Source: Acidimicrobiia bacterium
Lineage (GTDB): Bacteria > Actinomycetota > Acidimicrobiia > IMCC26256 > JAENVU01
Assembly (NCBI GenBank): GCA_038209455.1
Contig: JBBQXR010000001.1
Location: 1 to 28,118 of the forward strand
Length of the DNA: 28,118 nt
Direction: 5' to 3'
Shown here: positions 7,529 through 14,968 of the stretch, piece by piece
Layout: each line of letters begins with the position of its first letter
Numbering within the stretch: the first letter of the stretch is position 1
Position numbers and translations under genes: made by a program
Notes under the pieces: generated by a model
What the model saw: the letters and a program-made list of their open reading frames with translations, nothing else
What the model was told of the DNA's origin: nothing
Database searches by the model: none

Positions 7529-9775
7529 CTAATCAAACACGCCGTCCGACGCGAGGGCGGCCTGCTCGTCGGGGTCGAGGCCGAGGAGCGTGCCGAGGAC
7601 CCAGTCCTGGTCCTGACCGAGGGTGGGTCCCGGACGGTCGTACCCGCCGGGTGCGTCGGACAGCCGGAACCCGTTGCGCTCGTAGAGGCCAGGGCCCATG
7701 TAGGGATGAGTGAGCGGGACGAAGTGACCGCGCGCGGCGATCTGCGGATCGGAGTGCTGGTCGCCGAAATCCTGGACCGGCACCGCCTCGACCCCCACGG
7801 ACTGCAGCGCCTCGGCGACGTCGATCGGGGTGCGCTTCACCGTGAAGGCCGCGAGGTCGGGGCCGGTGACGGCTCGGAGTCGATCGCGCTCGGCCTCGGT
7901 CCAGGCGGCAATCGCGACCCATCGATCGCCGATCACGCGGCCGTCGGGTTCCGTGACGTCGGCGCATGGGAAGACGCCGTGCACGAGTGCCGCGGCGTTG
8001 TCGTTGCCGGCGCGGCCACGGGCCGACCCGGTCTGCTGGAACTCCACCAGCCACGGGCTGAGCGTGTAGATCGCCGCCTCGACCTGGCTGACGTCGAGGT
8101 ACACGCCCGCGCCGGTGCGGCGGCGGTACAGGAGGCCCGCGGCGAGCGCGGTGGCGACGAACCGCGGCGCGAGCGAATCGGTGATGGTTCCGTGCGGGCC
8201 GACTGGCTCGCGGTCGGGCCATCCGGTGAGGAAGTTGTATCCGGCGAGCGCCGAGCCCTGGCCGCCGAAGCCCGGATAGTCCTTGTGGGGTCCGGTCTGC
8301 CCGTTGAGACACGCGCTGACCATCACCAGGTCGGGCTTGAGGGCAGCGAGCGCGTCGTAGCCGAGACCGAAGCCGCGCATCGCCCGGGGTGCGAAGTTCT
8401 CGGCCACCGCGTCGGCCCACTCGACCACCAACCGACGGACCAACTCCACCGCCTTCGGGTGCTTCAGGTTGAAGAGCACGTCGCGCTTGGCCGGGTTCAG
8501 GCCGTCGAACATCGCCGCGCCCTCGAGGCCGTGGGGGTTGTTCGGACCGAGCGCGTAGACCCGCAGGAAATCAGGCCGGCTCCGCGATTCGATCCGCAGC
8601 ACGGTGGCGCCGTTCTCGGCGAAGTACCGGGTGGAGATCGGTCCGGCCGCACCGCTGCCGAGTTCGACGATGTTCACCCCCGTCCACGCCCCGGATCCCG
8701 GTGCGGACTCCCTCGAGGGCGCCGGCACGGCTGCCTGCGCGTCGGGCGCCGGTTCCCGGATGGTGAGGAAGGAGCGGGGGAGCGTGACCGACTGCCCGGC
8801 GTCGGTCCAGAACCCGCGGGATGCGAGTTGCTCGCTGGCGAGGATCTCCGCCGGACCGTTGATGGGGGCGAGCATGAGATTCGTCTCGCATGCGATCGCG
8901 TACAGCTCGCGCATCGTGTGGCGAGCGAAGTACGCGGCGACGTCGGCTTCGACCGCGCGCAGGGTCGCGTCGTCGGCGGCGTTGGGCGAGAAGTTCGCCC
9001 AGTCCATCGCGCGCAGCGTCTCGGTGTCGACGAGGCGGGTCAGGGTCTCGAGGCTCGGCACACGCGCCTTGCCGCCGCGCAGGCCGAACGAGACGAATCC
9101 GTCGAGCGTCGGCCAGATCTCACGCGTCTTACCGATGTTCGCGCCGCGGCGAGTGCCGCGGAACCCGTTGAACGGGAAGCGCGTCGGGGTCGACATGTTG
9201 GCGACCGCAACCACTTCCTGCATCGACACGTCGACGCGTTGGGCCCGCCCGCTGGCGAGGCCGGTGAGCGCGGCGAATGCCATCTCGGCCGCGGCGTGGT
9301 TGTAGCCGGCGGGTTCGGCACAGCGGACCGGCGCGCGATCGGGATCACCGGTGCAGTACAGGTTGCCGCTCGCAGCCATCACGCCCAGATCCGACGCGCG
9401 CCAGTCCGCGCGGGGTCCTCGCCCACCGAAGGGCGTGAGGCTGACCCAGACCGTGTGTGGCGCGACGCCGGGATCGACGGCCCACGCGCCCGGGAATCGC
9501 GGGGTGTCGAGGACCACGTCGGCGCGGTCGAGCAGCGCGGTGAACTGTGGATCCGATGGTCCGGTCACCAGCAGTGGTGTGCTGCGCAGCGTCCAGGCTG
9601 CGGCCCGGTGGGGTACCGCGGCGAGTGGGTCGCCGGAGGACGGGACCGGTCGGATCACCGCCGCGCCGAGATCGGCGAGCATGCGCCCCGCCATCGCGCC
9701 CGGGTCGCCGGTCAGATCTGCGACCACCACCCCGGCAAGCAAGGTTGACGGGCTCTCCGAGACTTTTCCTGACAC
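7529..9775 (-). CDS. Family III (CaiB/BaiF) CoA-transferase with two tandem domains (748 aa)
   Basis: Two N-terminal signatures (MAGRMLADLGAAVIR and ISTRYFAENGATVLRIES), ENFAPRAM..FGLGY, C-terminal P.LGQD; GTG start 7 nt after TACGCT. Confidence 0.92.
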   Translation of the reverse strand: MSGKVSESPSTLLAGVVVADLTGDPGAMAGRMLADLGAAVIRPVPSSGDPLAAVPHRAAAWTLRSTPLLVTGPSDPQFTALLDRADVVLDTPRFPGAWAVDPGVAPHTVWVSLTPFGGRGPRADWRASDLGVMAASGNLYCTGDPDRAPVRCAEPAGYNHAAAEMAFAALTGLASGRAQRVDVSMQEVVAVANMSTPTRFPFNGFRGTRRGANIGKTREIWPTLDGFVSFGLRGGKARVPSLETLTRLVDTETLRAMDWANFSPNAADDATLRAVEADVAAYFARHTMRELYAIACETNLMLAPINGPAEILASEQLASRGFWTDAGQSVTLPRSFLTIREPAPDAQAAVPAPSRESAPGSGAWTGVNIVELGSGAAGPISTRYFAENGATVLRIESRSRPDFLRVYALGPNNPHGLEGAAMFDGLNPAKRDVLFNLKHPKAVELVRRLVVEWADAVAENFAPRAMRGFGLGYDALAALKPDLVMVSACLNGQTGPHKDYPGFGGQGSALAGYNFLTGWPDREPVGPHGTITDSLAPRFVATALAAGLLYRRRTGAGVYLDVSQVEAAIYTLSPWLVEFQQTGSARGRAGNDNAAALVHGVFPCADVTEPDGRVIGDRWVAIAAWTEAERDRLRAVTGPDLAAFTVKRTPIDVAEALQSVGVEAVPVQDFGDQHSDPQIAARGHFVPLTHPYMGPGLYERNGFRLSDAPGGYDRPGPTLGQDQDWVLGTLLGLDPDEQAALASDGVFD

Positions 9776-9825
9776 GCGTGTCAGCGTACTCTTGGCACCC
9801 TGCCCGCCCGAGAGGACCGATCACC

Positions 9826-10986
9826 ATGGCCGAAGATCGCATCGTCGACGCCGACTGCCACATCCTCGAACCGCCGGACGTCTGGACGAACTGGCTGCCG
9901 GAGCGTTACCAGGACAAGGCGCCGAAGTTGGTGAAGGACGCCCAGGGTGGTGACGCATGGCTGACCGGTGTCGGCGGCGACCCCGACCCGATCGGACTCA
10001 CCGCGACGCCCGGGATGCCCTTCGACGACTTCCGCTGGTTCGGGGTCACCTACGAGGAGGCGCGCACCGGTTGCTACAACGGTGCGGCCCGCCTCGAGGA
10101 CATGGACATCGACGGCGTGTGGGCCGAGGTCCTGTTCCCGCCGCAACGGACGATGAGCCATTTCCTCGGTGACGACGACGACGACTTCGTCCTCGCCGGG
10201 GTCGAGGCCTACAACAGTTTCCTGTTCGAAGAGTTCTGCGCGCCCGACCCGAAGCGACTGGTGGGCCTCGCACAGATCCCGTCGCTCGGTATCGACCAGG
10301 CCGTCGACGGTCTCCGCAAGGCGAAGGCGCGGGGTGCGAAGGGGGTCCTGATCTCGAACTGGCCGTCGGGCAACGGCGCACTGTCACGCGACGACGATCC
10401 GTTCTGGGCGGCCGCGGTCGACGAGGGCATCCCGGTCTCGGTCCACATCAACATCATCAGTCGGGTGCAGCGGTCCCACGGCCGCAAGGCCGCGGCGAAG
10501 GCCGGCAACGCGCTGTACGACATGAGCAGTGAGGCCACCCGCGCCAAGGCGATCGGCGGGATGAGTCACGTCTTCTCGATGGCCGCGGGCAACATCACCG
10601 CGATGCTCTTCACCGGCGTGTTCGATCGGTTCCCAGCACTCCAGGTGTGTTGGATCGAAACCGGTGTCGGCTGGCTCCCGCACTTCATCGAGTGTCTGGA
10701 CGACCGCTACTGGCGCAACCGTGGGTGGGGCGACCTGCCCATCAAGCACCCGCCGTCGCACTACTGGTACGCGAACAATGCGGCCACGTTCATCACGGAC
10801 CGTTCCGGGATCGCGCTGCGGCACCAGGTGGGCGTCGACAACATGATGTGGTCGAGCGACTATCCCCACCACGGCAACGACTGGCCGTACTCGCGCAAGG
10901 TGATCGAAGCGACCATGAACGACATCCCGGCCGAGGAGAAGGCGAAGATCACCGGGGGCAACGCCCGGCGTATCTGGGACCTCTAG
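9826..10986 (+). CDS. Amidohydrolase_2 family metal-dependent hydrolase/decarboxylase
   Basis: VDADCHILEPP, VHI, WIETGVGWLP, MMWSSDYPH, ITGGNARRIW; GAGAGGA RBS; start trimmed to 9826. Confidence 0.92.
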   Translation: MAEDRIVDADCHILEPPDVWTNWLPERYQDKAPKLVKDAQGGDAWLTGVGGDPDPIGLTATPGMPFDDFRWFGVTYEEARTGCYNGAARLEDMDIDGVWAEVLFPPQRTMSHFLGDDDDDFVLAGVEAYNSFLFEEFCAPDPKRLVGLAQIPSLGIDQAVDGLRKAKARGAKGVLISNWPSGNGALSRDDDPFWAAAVDEGIPVSVHINIISRVQRSHGRKAAAKAGNALYDMSSEATRAKAIGGMSHVFSMAAGNITAMLFTGVFDRFPALQVCWIETGVGWLPHFIECLDDRYWRNRGWGDLPIKHPPSHYWYANNAATFITDRSGIALRHQVGVDNMMWSSDYPHHGNDWPYSRKVIEATMNDIPAEEKAKITGGNARRIWDL

Positions 10987-11666
10987 GGGTTCTCGCTGCG
11001 CTCGATCGCCCCGAGAGTGAGGCGCTGAAGCGTCCGTTGGTGGACGTACTCGACGATGCGTGTCACCAGCGGGAGCATCTGACCGGCCGCGGCTGACGCC
11101 GCCTGCTGGAACGCGGCGAGGTCGTCCGGGTCCCACGAGCGGCCGCGGGAACCCGAGAACAACTCGAGCACTTGACTCTGCATGGCCTCCACGCCATCGA
11201 CGTAGATCGACGCCAACTCGACCAGCACGTCGTCGGGGACGCGGAGTCGTCCCAGTTCCGACGCGGCGCGCAGCATGTCGAGATCGGTGGAGTCGTATGC
11301 CGCGCGTCCGAACTCGGCCGGATCCCGGAGCAGACCGATCTGACGAAGCCGATCGACGATCGCGGCGTCGAGTGACGACCGTTCGACGAGATCGTCGAGG
11401 GAGTAGGACAACCCACCTTCACCGGCGAAGATGCCGTCGACGAGGTCCTGCCGATCGGTGGTGAGCAGGGCCTTGATGGCGGCGAGCGAGAAGCGCCGCT
11501 GCTGGAGGTCGCGGATCTGGTGGATCCGTTCGAGGTGCTCGGGGCCGTACTCCTTGGTGCGCCCGACGCGCTCGGCCGGGGGCAGGAGACCTTCGCGCTG
11601 GTAGAAGCGGATGGTGTCGACAGTGATGGCGGCCTCCCGAGCGAGGTCGTCGATGCGCCATCCCAT
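10983..11666 (-). CDS. MerR family transcriptional regulator (227 aa, no Cys)
   Basis: WRIDDLAREAAITVDTIRFYQREGLL; GAAGGGG RBS before the ATG at 11666. Confidence 0.92.
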   Translation of the reverse strand: MGWRIDDLAREAAITVDTIRFYQREGLLPPAERVGRTKEYGPEHLERIHQIRDLQQRRFSLAAIKALLTTDRQDLVDGIFAGEGGLSYSLDDLVERSSLDAAIVDRLRQIGLLRDPAEFGRAAYDSTDLDMLRAASELGRLRVPDDVLVELASIYVDGVEAMQSQVLELFSGSRGRSWDPDDLAAFQQAASAAAGQMLPLVTRIVEYVHQRTLQRLTLGAIERSENP

Positions 11667-11753
11667 GGATTCCCCTTCACGACCGGCGGGTTGCATTGCG
11701 GCCGTATCTCGCGGCTTTGATCTCTCTGGGAGATGTGACAGCCGTCATATATC

Positions 11754-11790
11754 TTGACAGTGACCGCACTGAGAGTGTTTACTCTCAGTG
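11754..11790 (+). promoter_or_regulatory. Housekeeping-sigma promoter (TTGACA 11754-59, 20-bp spacer, TACTCT 11780-85) overlapped by the perfect dyad CACTGAGAGT-N4-ACTCTCAGTG (11767-11790)
   Basis: Read directly from the sequence; divergent from the MerR gene. Confidence 0.7.
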
Positions 11791-11817
11791 TCCTGACGAC
11801 GAGCCTAGGTGCTCCAC

Positions 11818-11973
11818 ATGAATGCAGCCACCAGCACACAGATGAACGTCGGCATCCCCGGCCGGACCTCGAGTCGTGAGGCGCGTCGGTGGATCGAGCG
11901 TCAACTCCGCTGGGAGCGGACCCTCGGGTCGCTCCGCGGCAAGGAATCGCACCCCGCCCAAAAAGCGGCGTAG
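11818..11973 (+). CDS. Unlisted small protein, 51 aa: MNAATSTQMNVGIPGRTSSREARRWIERQLRWERTLGSLRGKESHPAQKAA
   Basis: Below the 60-aa track cutoff; AGGTG RBS 6 nt upstream; promoter upstream and terminator downstream. Confidence 0.68.
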   Translation: MNAATSTQMNVGIPGRTSSREARRWIERQLRWERTLGSLRGKESHPAQKAA

Positions 11974-12022
11974 CGCAAAGCACTCCGGTCGGCTCCCCCC
12001 GGTCGACCGTCGAGTACCCAGC

Positions 12023-12059
12023 AAGAACAGCCCGACCCTTCGTGGGTCGGGCTGTTCTT
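12023..12059 (+). terminator. Intrinsic terminator hairpin with a perfect 16-bp stem (possibly bidirectional)
   Basis: AAGAACAGCCCGACCC-TTCGT-GGGTCGGGCTGTTCTT followed by cgtttc. Confidence 0.85.
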
Positions 12060-12087
12060 CGTTTCGGTTCGGTACCGGAACGCGACG

Positions 12088-12119
12088 TCCCGCCCGGCCG
12101 ATGTTTCTGCCGGGCGGGA
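12088..12119 (-). terminator. GC-rich hairpin just after the yceI stop; probable terminator
   Basis: TCCCGCCCGGC-N10-GCCGGGCGGGA, 17 nt past the stop at 12137. Confidence 0.6.
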
Positions 12120-12136
12120 GTCCGAGTCGGAACCGG

Positions 12137-12703
12137 TCAGCTGCGGACGAGCTGCACGTCGAGTTCGATCTTGATCTTCTCCGAGACCAGGACGCCGCCG
12201 GTGTCGAGGGTCATGTTGAAGCTCAGGCCCCAGTCGCTGCGATTGATCTCCGTGACCGCCGCGAAGCCGGCCTTCGTGTTCCCGAACGGGTCGGTGGTCA
12301 CGCCGTCGAACTCCAATGCGAAATCGACCGAGTGGGTCTGGCCCGCGATCGTCAGGTCGCCGGTGAGGACGTAGTCGCCGTCGCGCTCGACGACGCTGGT
12401 GGAGCGAAGCGTCATCTCCGGGTTGTTCTCGACGTCGAAGAAGTCACCGGTGAGGAGGTGGCCGTCGCGGTCGGCGTTGCCGGTGTCGACCGAGGCGAGG
12501 CGCACGCTGGCCTCGAGCGAGGAGGCGAGCGGGTCGTCCGCGATGGTGACGGTGCCGTCGAAGTCGGTGAAGTGGCCGTGCACCTTGGTGATCATCAGGT
12601 GGCGGGCGGTGAATCCGATGGTGGAGTGGCTGGGGTCGATGGCCCAGACGCCGGGGGTGAGATCGGCGAGGGCGCCGGTGCGGGGGGCGGTTGCGGTGCT
12701 CAT
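12137..12703 (-). CDS. YceI family lipid/isoprenoid-binding protein (cytoplasmic type)
   Basis: WAIDPSHSTIGF, G.F.DF.G, SVDTGNADRDGHL...DFFDV, INRSDWGL; GGAGG RBS. Confidence 0.93.
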   Translation of the reverse strand: MSTATAPRTGALADLTPGVWAIDPSHSTIGFTARHLMITKVHGHFTDFDGTVTIADDPLASSLEASVRLASVDTGNADRDGHLLTGDFFDVENNPEMTLRSTSVVERDGDYVLTGDLTIAGQTHSVDFALEFDGVTTDPFGNTKAGFAAVTEINRSDWGLSFNMTLDTGGVLVSEKIKIELDVQLVRS

Positions 12704-12733
12704 GGGGGTTCCTCCTGGTAGATGCTTGCGTAG

Positions 12734-12767
12734 CGAAGTATTGCATAAAGAACTTCGTATTGCAATA
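12734..12767. promoter_or_regulatory. AT-rich candidate MarR operator(s) between yceI and marR
   Basis: Perfect palindrome TATTGCAATA (12758-67), a related copy TATTGCATAA (12739-48), and CGAAGT-N12-ACTTCG (12734-57). Confidence 0.55.
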
Positions 12768-12805
12768 GTGCACCCAGGAATAGTTTTTCCGGGTATCCTG
12801 GCTGC

Positions 12806-13282
12806 ATGACGCCGAAGCCCGCGACGACCCAATGGCTCACGCCGGAGGAGATGCGCACCTGGCGCGCCATGGTGCAGCTCATCGTCGAACTCCAGGCCGA
12901 GCAGGAGGATGCCCTGAGTCGCGATCACGGACTCACCGAGGGGGAGTACGGCGTGCTGGTGCACCTCTCGGAAGCCGACGATCACCGCTTGCGGATGTGC
13001 GACCTCGCACAGGCGTTGCGGCTCTCACCCAGTGGCCTCACGCGCCGGATCGACGGACTGGCCAGGCAGGGCCTCGTCACCCGGGAACCTTCGGCGTGCG
13101 ATCGGCGCGCCATGCTCGCGGTACTCACGGACGAGGGGATGGACAAGCTCGAAGCCGCGGCGCCCACCCACGTCGCCGCGGTGCGCGAGAGCTTCATCGA
13201 CCATCTCGATCCAGAACAGATGCGGACCCTCGCGGACACCATCGAGGCGCTCCAGGCCTCGCGGCACCGGCTCGGCGGTTAG
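12806..13282 (+). CDS. MarR family transcriptional regulator, probably leaderless
   Basis: LTEGEYGVL, RMCDLAQALRLSPSGLTRRIDGL, DRRAMLAVLTDEG; TATCCT 6 nt before the ATG. Confidence 0.94.
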   Translation: MTPKPATTQWLTPEEMRTWRAMVQLIVELQAEQEDALSRDHGLTEGEYGVLVHLSEADDHRLRMCDLAQALRLSPSGLTRRIDGLARQGLVTREPSACDRRAMLAVLTDEGMDKLEAAAPTHVAAVRESFIDHLDPEQMRTLADTIEALQASRHRLGG

Positions 13283-13710
13283 GCGCGGACCCAGCGGGGG
13301 AGTGCGACGTCCTCGACGGTCGCGAAGACCACCCGCACCGATGCACCGATCTCGATGGTCGAGGGATCGATCTCGTTGATCGCGCCCTGCGCCTCCGTGA
13401 CCAGGTTGCAGACGAAGCGGATCGTCGGGTCGTCGTCGAGCGCGACGATCACTGCGTTGTACGGCGCCAGCTCCGCATAGGCGGGCAGGAGCGGCGGATG
13501 CGGGACGATGAACGACCAGATCGTGCCGCGGCCACTCGTCGCGACCCAGGTGACGCTGATCGACTGGCAGTGCGGGCACATCGGGCGGGGCGGCATCCGC
13601 CAGCGGCCACACGCCCCACAGGCCTGGACGAGCAGCTCGCGGCGTGCCGTGCCGGCCCAGAACTCGGACGCGGTCTCGTCGTCGGGATCGGGAAGCAGGA
13701 AACCGGACAT
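13279..13710 (-). CDS. DUF35 Zn-ribbon/OB-fold protein (ChsH2 C-terminal-like aldolase partner)
   Basis: CGAC...CPHC zinc ribbon, SGRGTIWSFIV, IGASVRVVF. Confidence 0.9.
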   Translation of the reverse strand: MSGFLLPDPDDETASEFWAGTARRELLVQACGACGRWRMPPRPMCPHCQSISVTWVATSGRGTIWSFIVPHPPLLPAYAELAPYNAVIVALDDDPTIRFVCNLVTEAQGAINEIDPSTIEIGASVRVVFATVEDVALPRWVRA

Positions 13711-13721
13711 GAGGCTCCCGT

Positions 13722-14867
13722 CTACGCCCGGAAGAGGATCGCCGAAGTCGGGACACCCTCACCGCTCGTGACGAGGGAACACGCCGGGTCGGCCACCTGG
13801 TTCGACGAGGTGCCCCGGATCTGGCGCACCCCTTCGAGTACCAGATTGAAGCCGTGGACGTACGCCTCGGACATCCCGCCGCCCGAGGTGTTCGTGGGCA
13901 GTCGGCCGTGGGGCCACTCCAACGCGCCGTCGTCGGTGAATGCGCCGCCCTCACCGCGACCGCAGAATCCGTAGCCCTCCAACGAGAGTGGGATCAGCGG
14001 GCTGAACGCGTCATAGAGCTGCGCGACGGGTACGTCGGCAGGCGTGAAGTCGCTCCGCGCCCACAGCAGCTCCGCACACGCCCAGGACGGACCGACGAGC
14101 GGGTCGTCGTTGAAGTAGTTGGTCATCACTTGGTGCTGCTGCGGGATGCTCTGCGCGAAGGAGTGGATGTACGCCGGCCGTTGCGGCAGGTCCTTCGCCC
14201 GTTCCGCACTCGTGATCACCACCGCGAGTGCACCGTCGGTCTCGAGGCAGTTGTCGAAGAGACACAGCGGTTCCGAGATCCAGCGCGCGTCCATGTACTG
14301 CTCACGCGTGAGTTCCTTGGCGTGCATCGTCGCGATCGGATTGCGGTTCGCATGCTTGCGGAACGCGAGCGCGACGTTGGCGAGATGGTCGCGGGTGTAG
14401 CCGTACTGGTGCATCGCCCGGCGGGTCAGCATCGCGATCTCGTCGACCGGACGGATCACGCCGAAGGGTCTGCTCCACTGCTGATGGCCGGCGAGCCGGT
14501 CCGACACCTGGGCCCACGGGCGACTCGTCTTGGATGCCCGCTTGCGGGCCCGCCACGCGACGGCCACCTGACACTGTCCGGCCGCCACCGCCATCGCGGC
14601 CTGGCCCACGACGCCGCACCCGGCGCCGCCGCCGTACCCGACCTCGGAGAAATAGGTGACGTCACCGAACCCGACGTTGCGGGCGACATCGACCTCGCGG
14701 CCTTCCTCCATCGAGAACATCGCGATGCCGTCGACATCCGATGGCAGCAGTCCGGCGTCGTCGATCGCGGCACTGATGGCCTGGCACGCGAGCGACAACT
14801 CGGTGTCCGGCAGTCCCTTGCCGTACGCGGTCTGCCCGATCCCGACCACGGCAGTCCGGTCTTTCAC
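13722..14867 (-). CDS. Lipid-transfer protein (Ltp2-like thiolase-fold aldolase)
   Basis: AVVGIGQT, YGGGAGC, CLETDGA, QLYDAFS, NTSGGGMSEAYVHG. Confidence 0.9.
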   Translation of the reverse strand: MKDRTAVVGIGQTAYGKGLPDTELSLACQAISAAIDDAGLLPSDVDGIAMFSMEEGREVDVARNVGFGDVTYFSEVGYGGGAGCGVVGQAAMAVAAGQCQVAVAWRARKRASKTSRPWAQVSDRLAGHQQWSRPFGVIRPVDEIAMLTRRAMHQYGYTRDHLANVALAFRKHANRNPIATMHAKELTREQYMDARWISEPLCLFDNCLETDGALAVVITSAERAKDLPQRPAYIHSFAQSIPQQHQVMTNYFNDDPLVGPSWACAELLWARSDFTPADVPVAQLYDAFSPLIPLSLEGYGFCGRGEGGAFTDDGALEWPHGRLPTNTSGGGMSEAYVHGFNLVLEGVRQIRGTSSNQVADPACSLVTSGEGVPTSAILFRA

Positions 14868-14968
14868 GCCATTCCCGCTCTTGCGACTCCGTCGCAGGCC
14901 GCTCGGGCGACCCGGTCTGGCGCGCCCGGACTGGTCGCGATGTGGGTTGCGCCTCGCTTCGCTTTCAC
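14864..14968 (-). repeat. Intergenic repeat copy B, forming a 34-codon ORF coupled by GTGA overlaps at both ends (MIRU-like)
   Basis: GTG 14968-66 overlaps the crotonase TGA; TGA 14866-64 overlaps the ltp GTG; two blocks match copy A (17/18 and 21/25). Confidence 0.7.

Noticed and set aside
7424-9748. 774-aa plus-strand ORF
   Set aside because: Antisense shadow of the CoA-transferase with no family motifs; long stop-free shadows are expected at this GC content
11734-11749. TGTGA-N6-TCATA, a CRP/GlxR-like site
   Set aside because: One mismatch from consensus, but its centre (about -50 from the inferred TSS) fits neither class I nor class II spacing; too weak to list without conservation data
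11767-11790. Dyad as an HspR HAIR element
   Set aside because: HAIR is CTTGAGT-N7-ACTCAAG; the sequence and spacing differ, and there are no chaperone genes here
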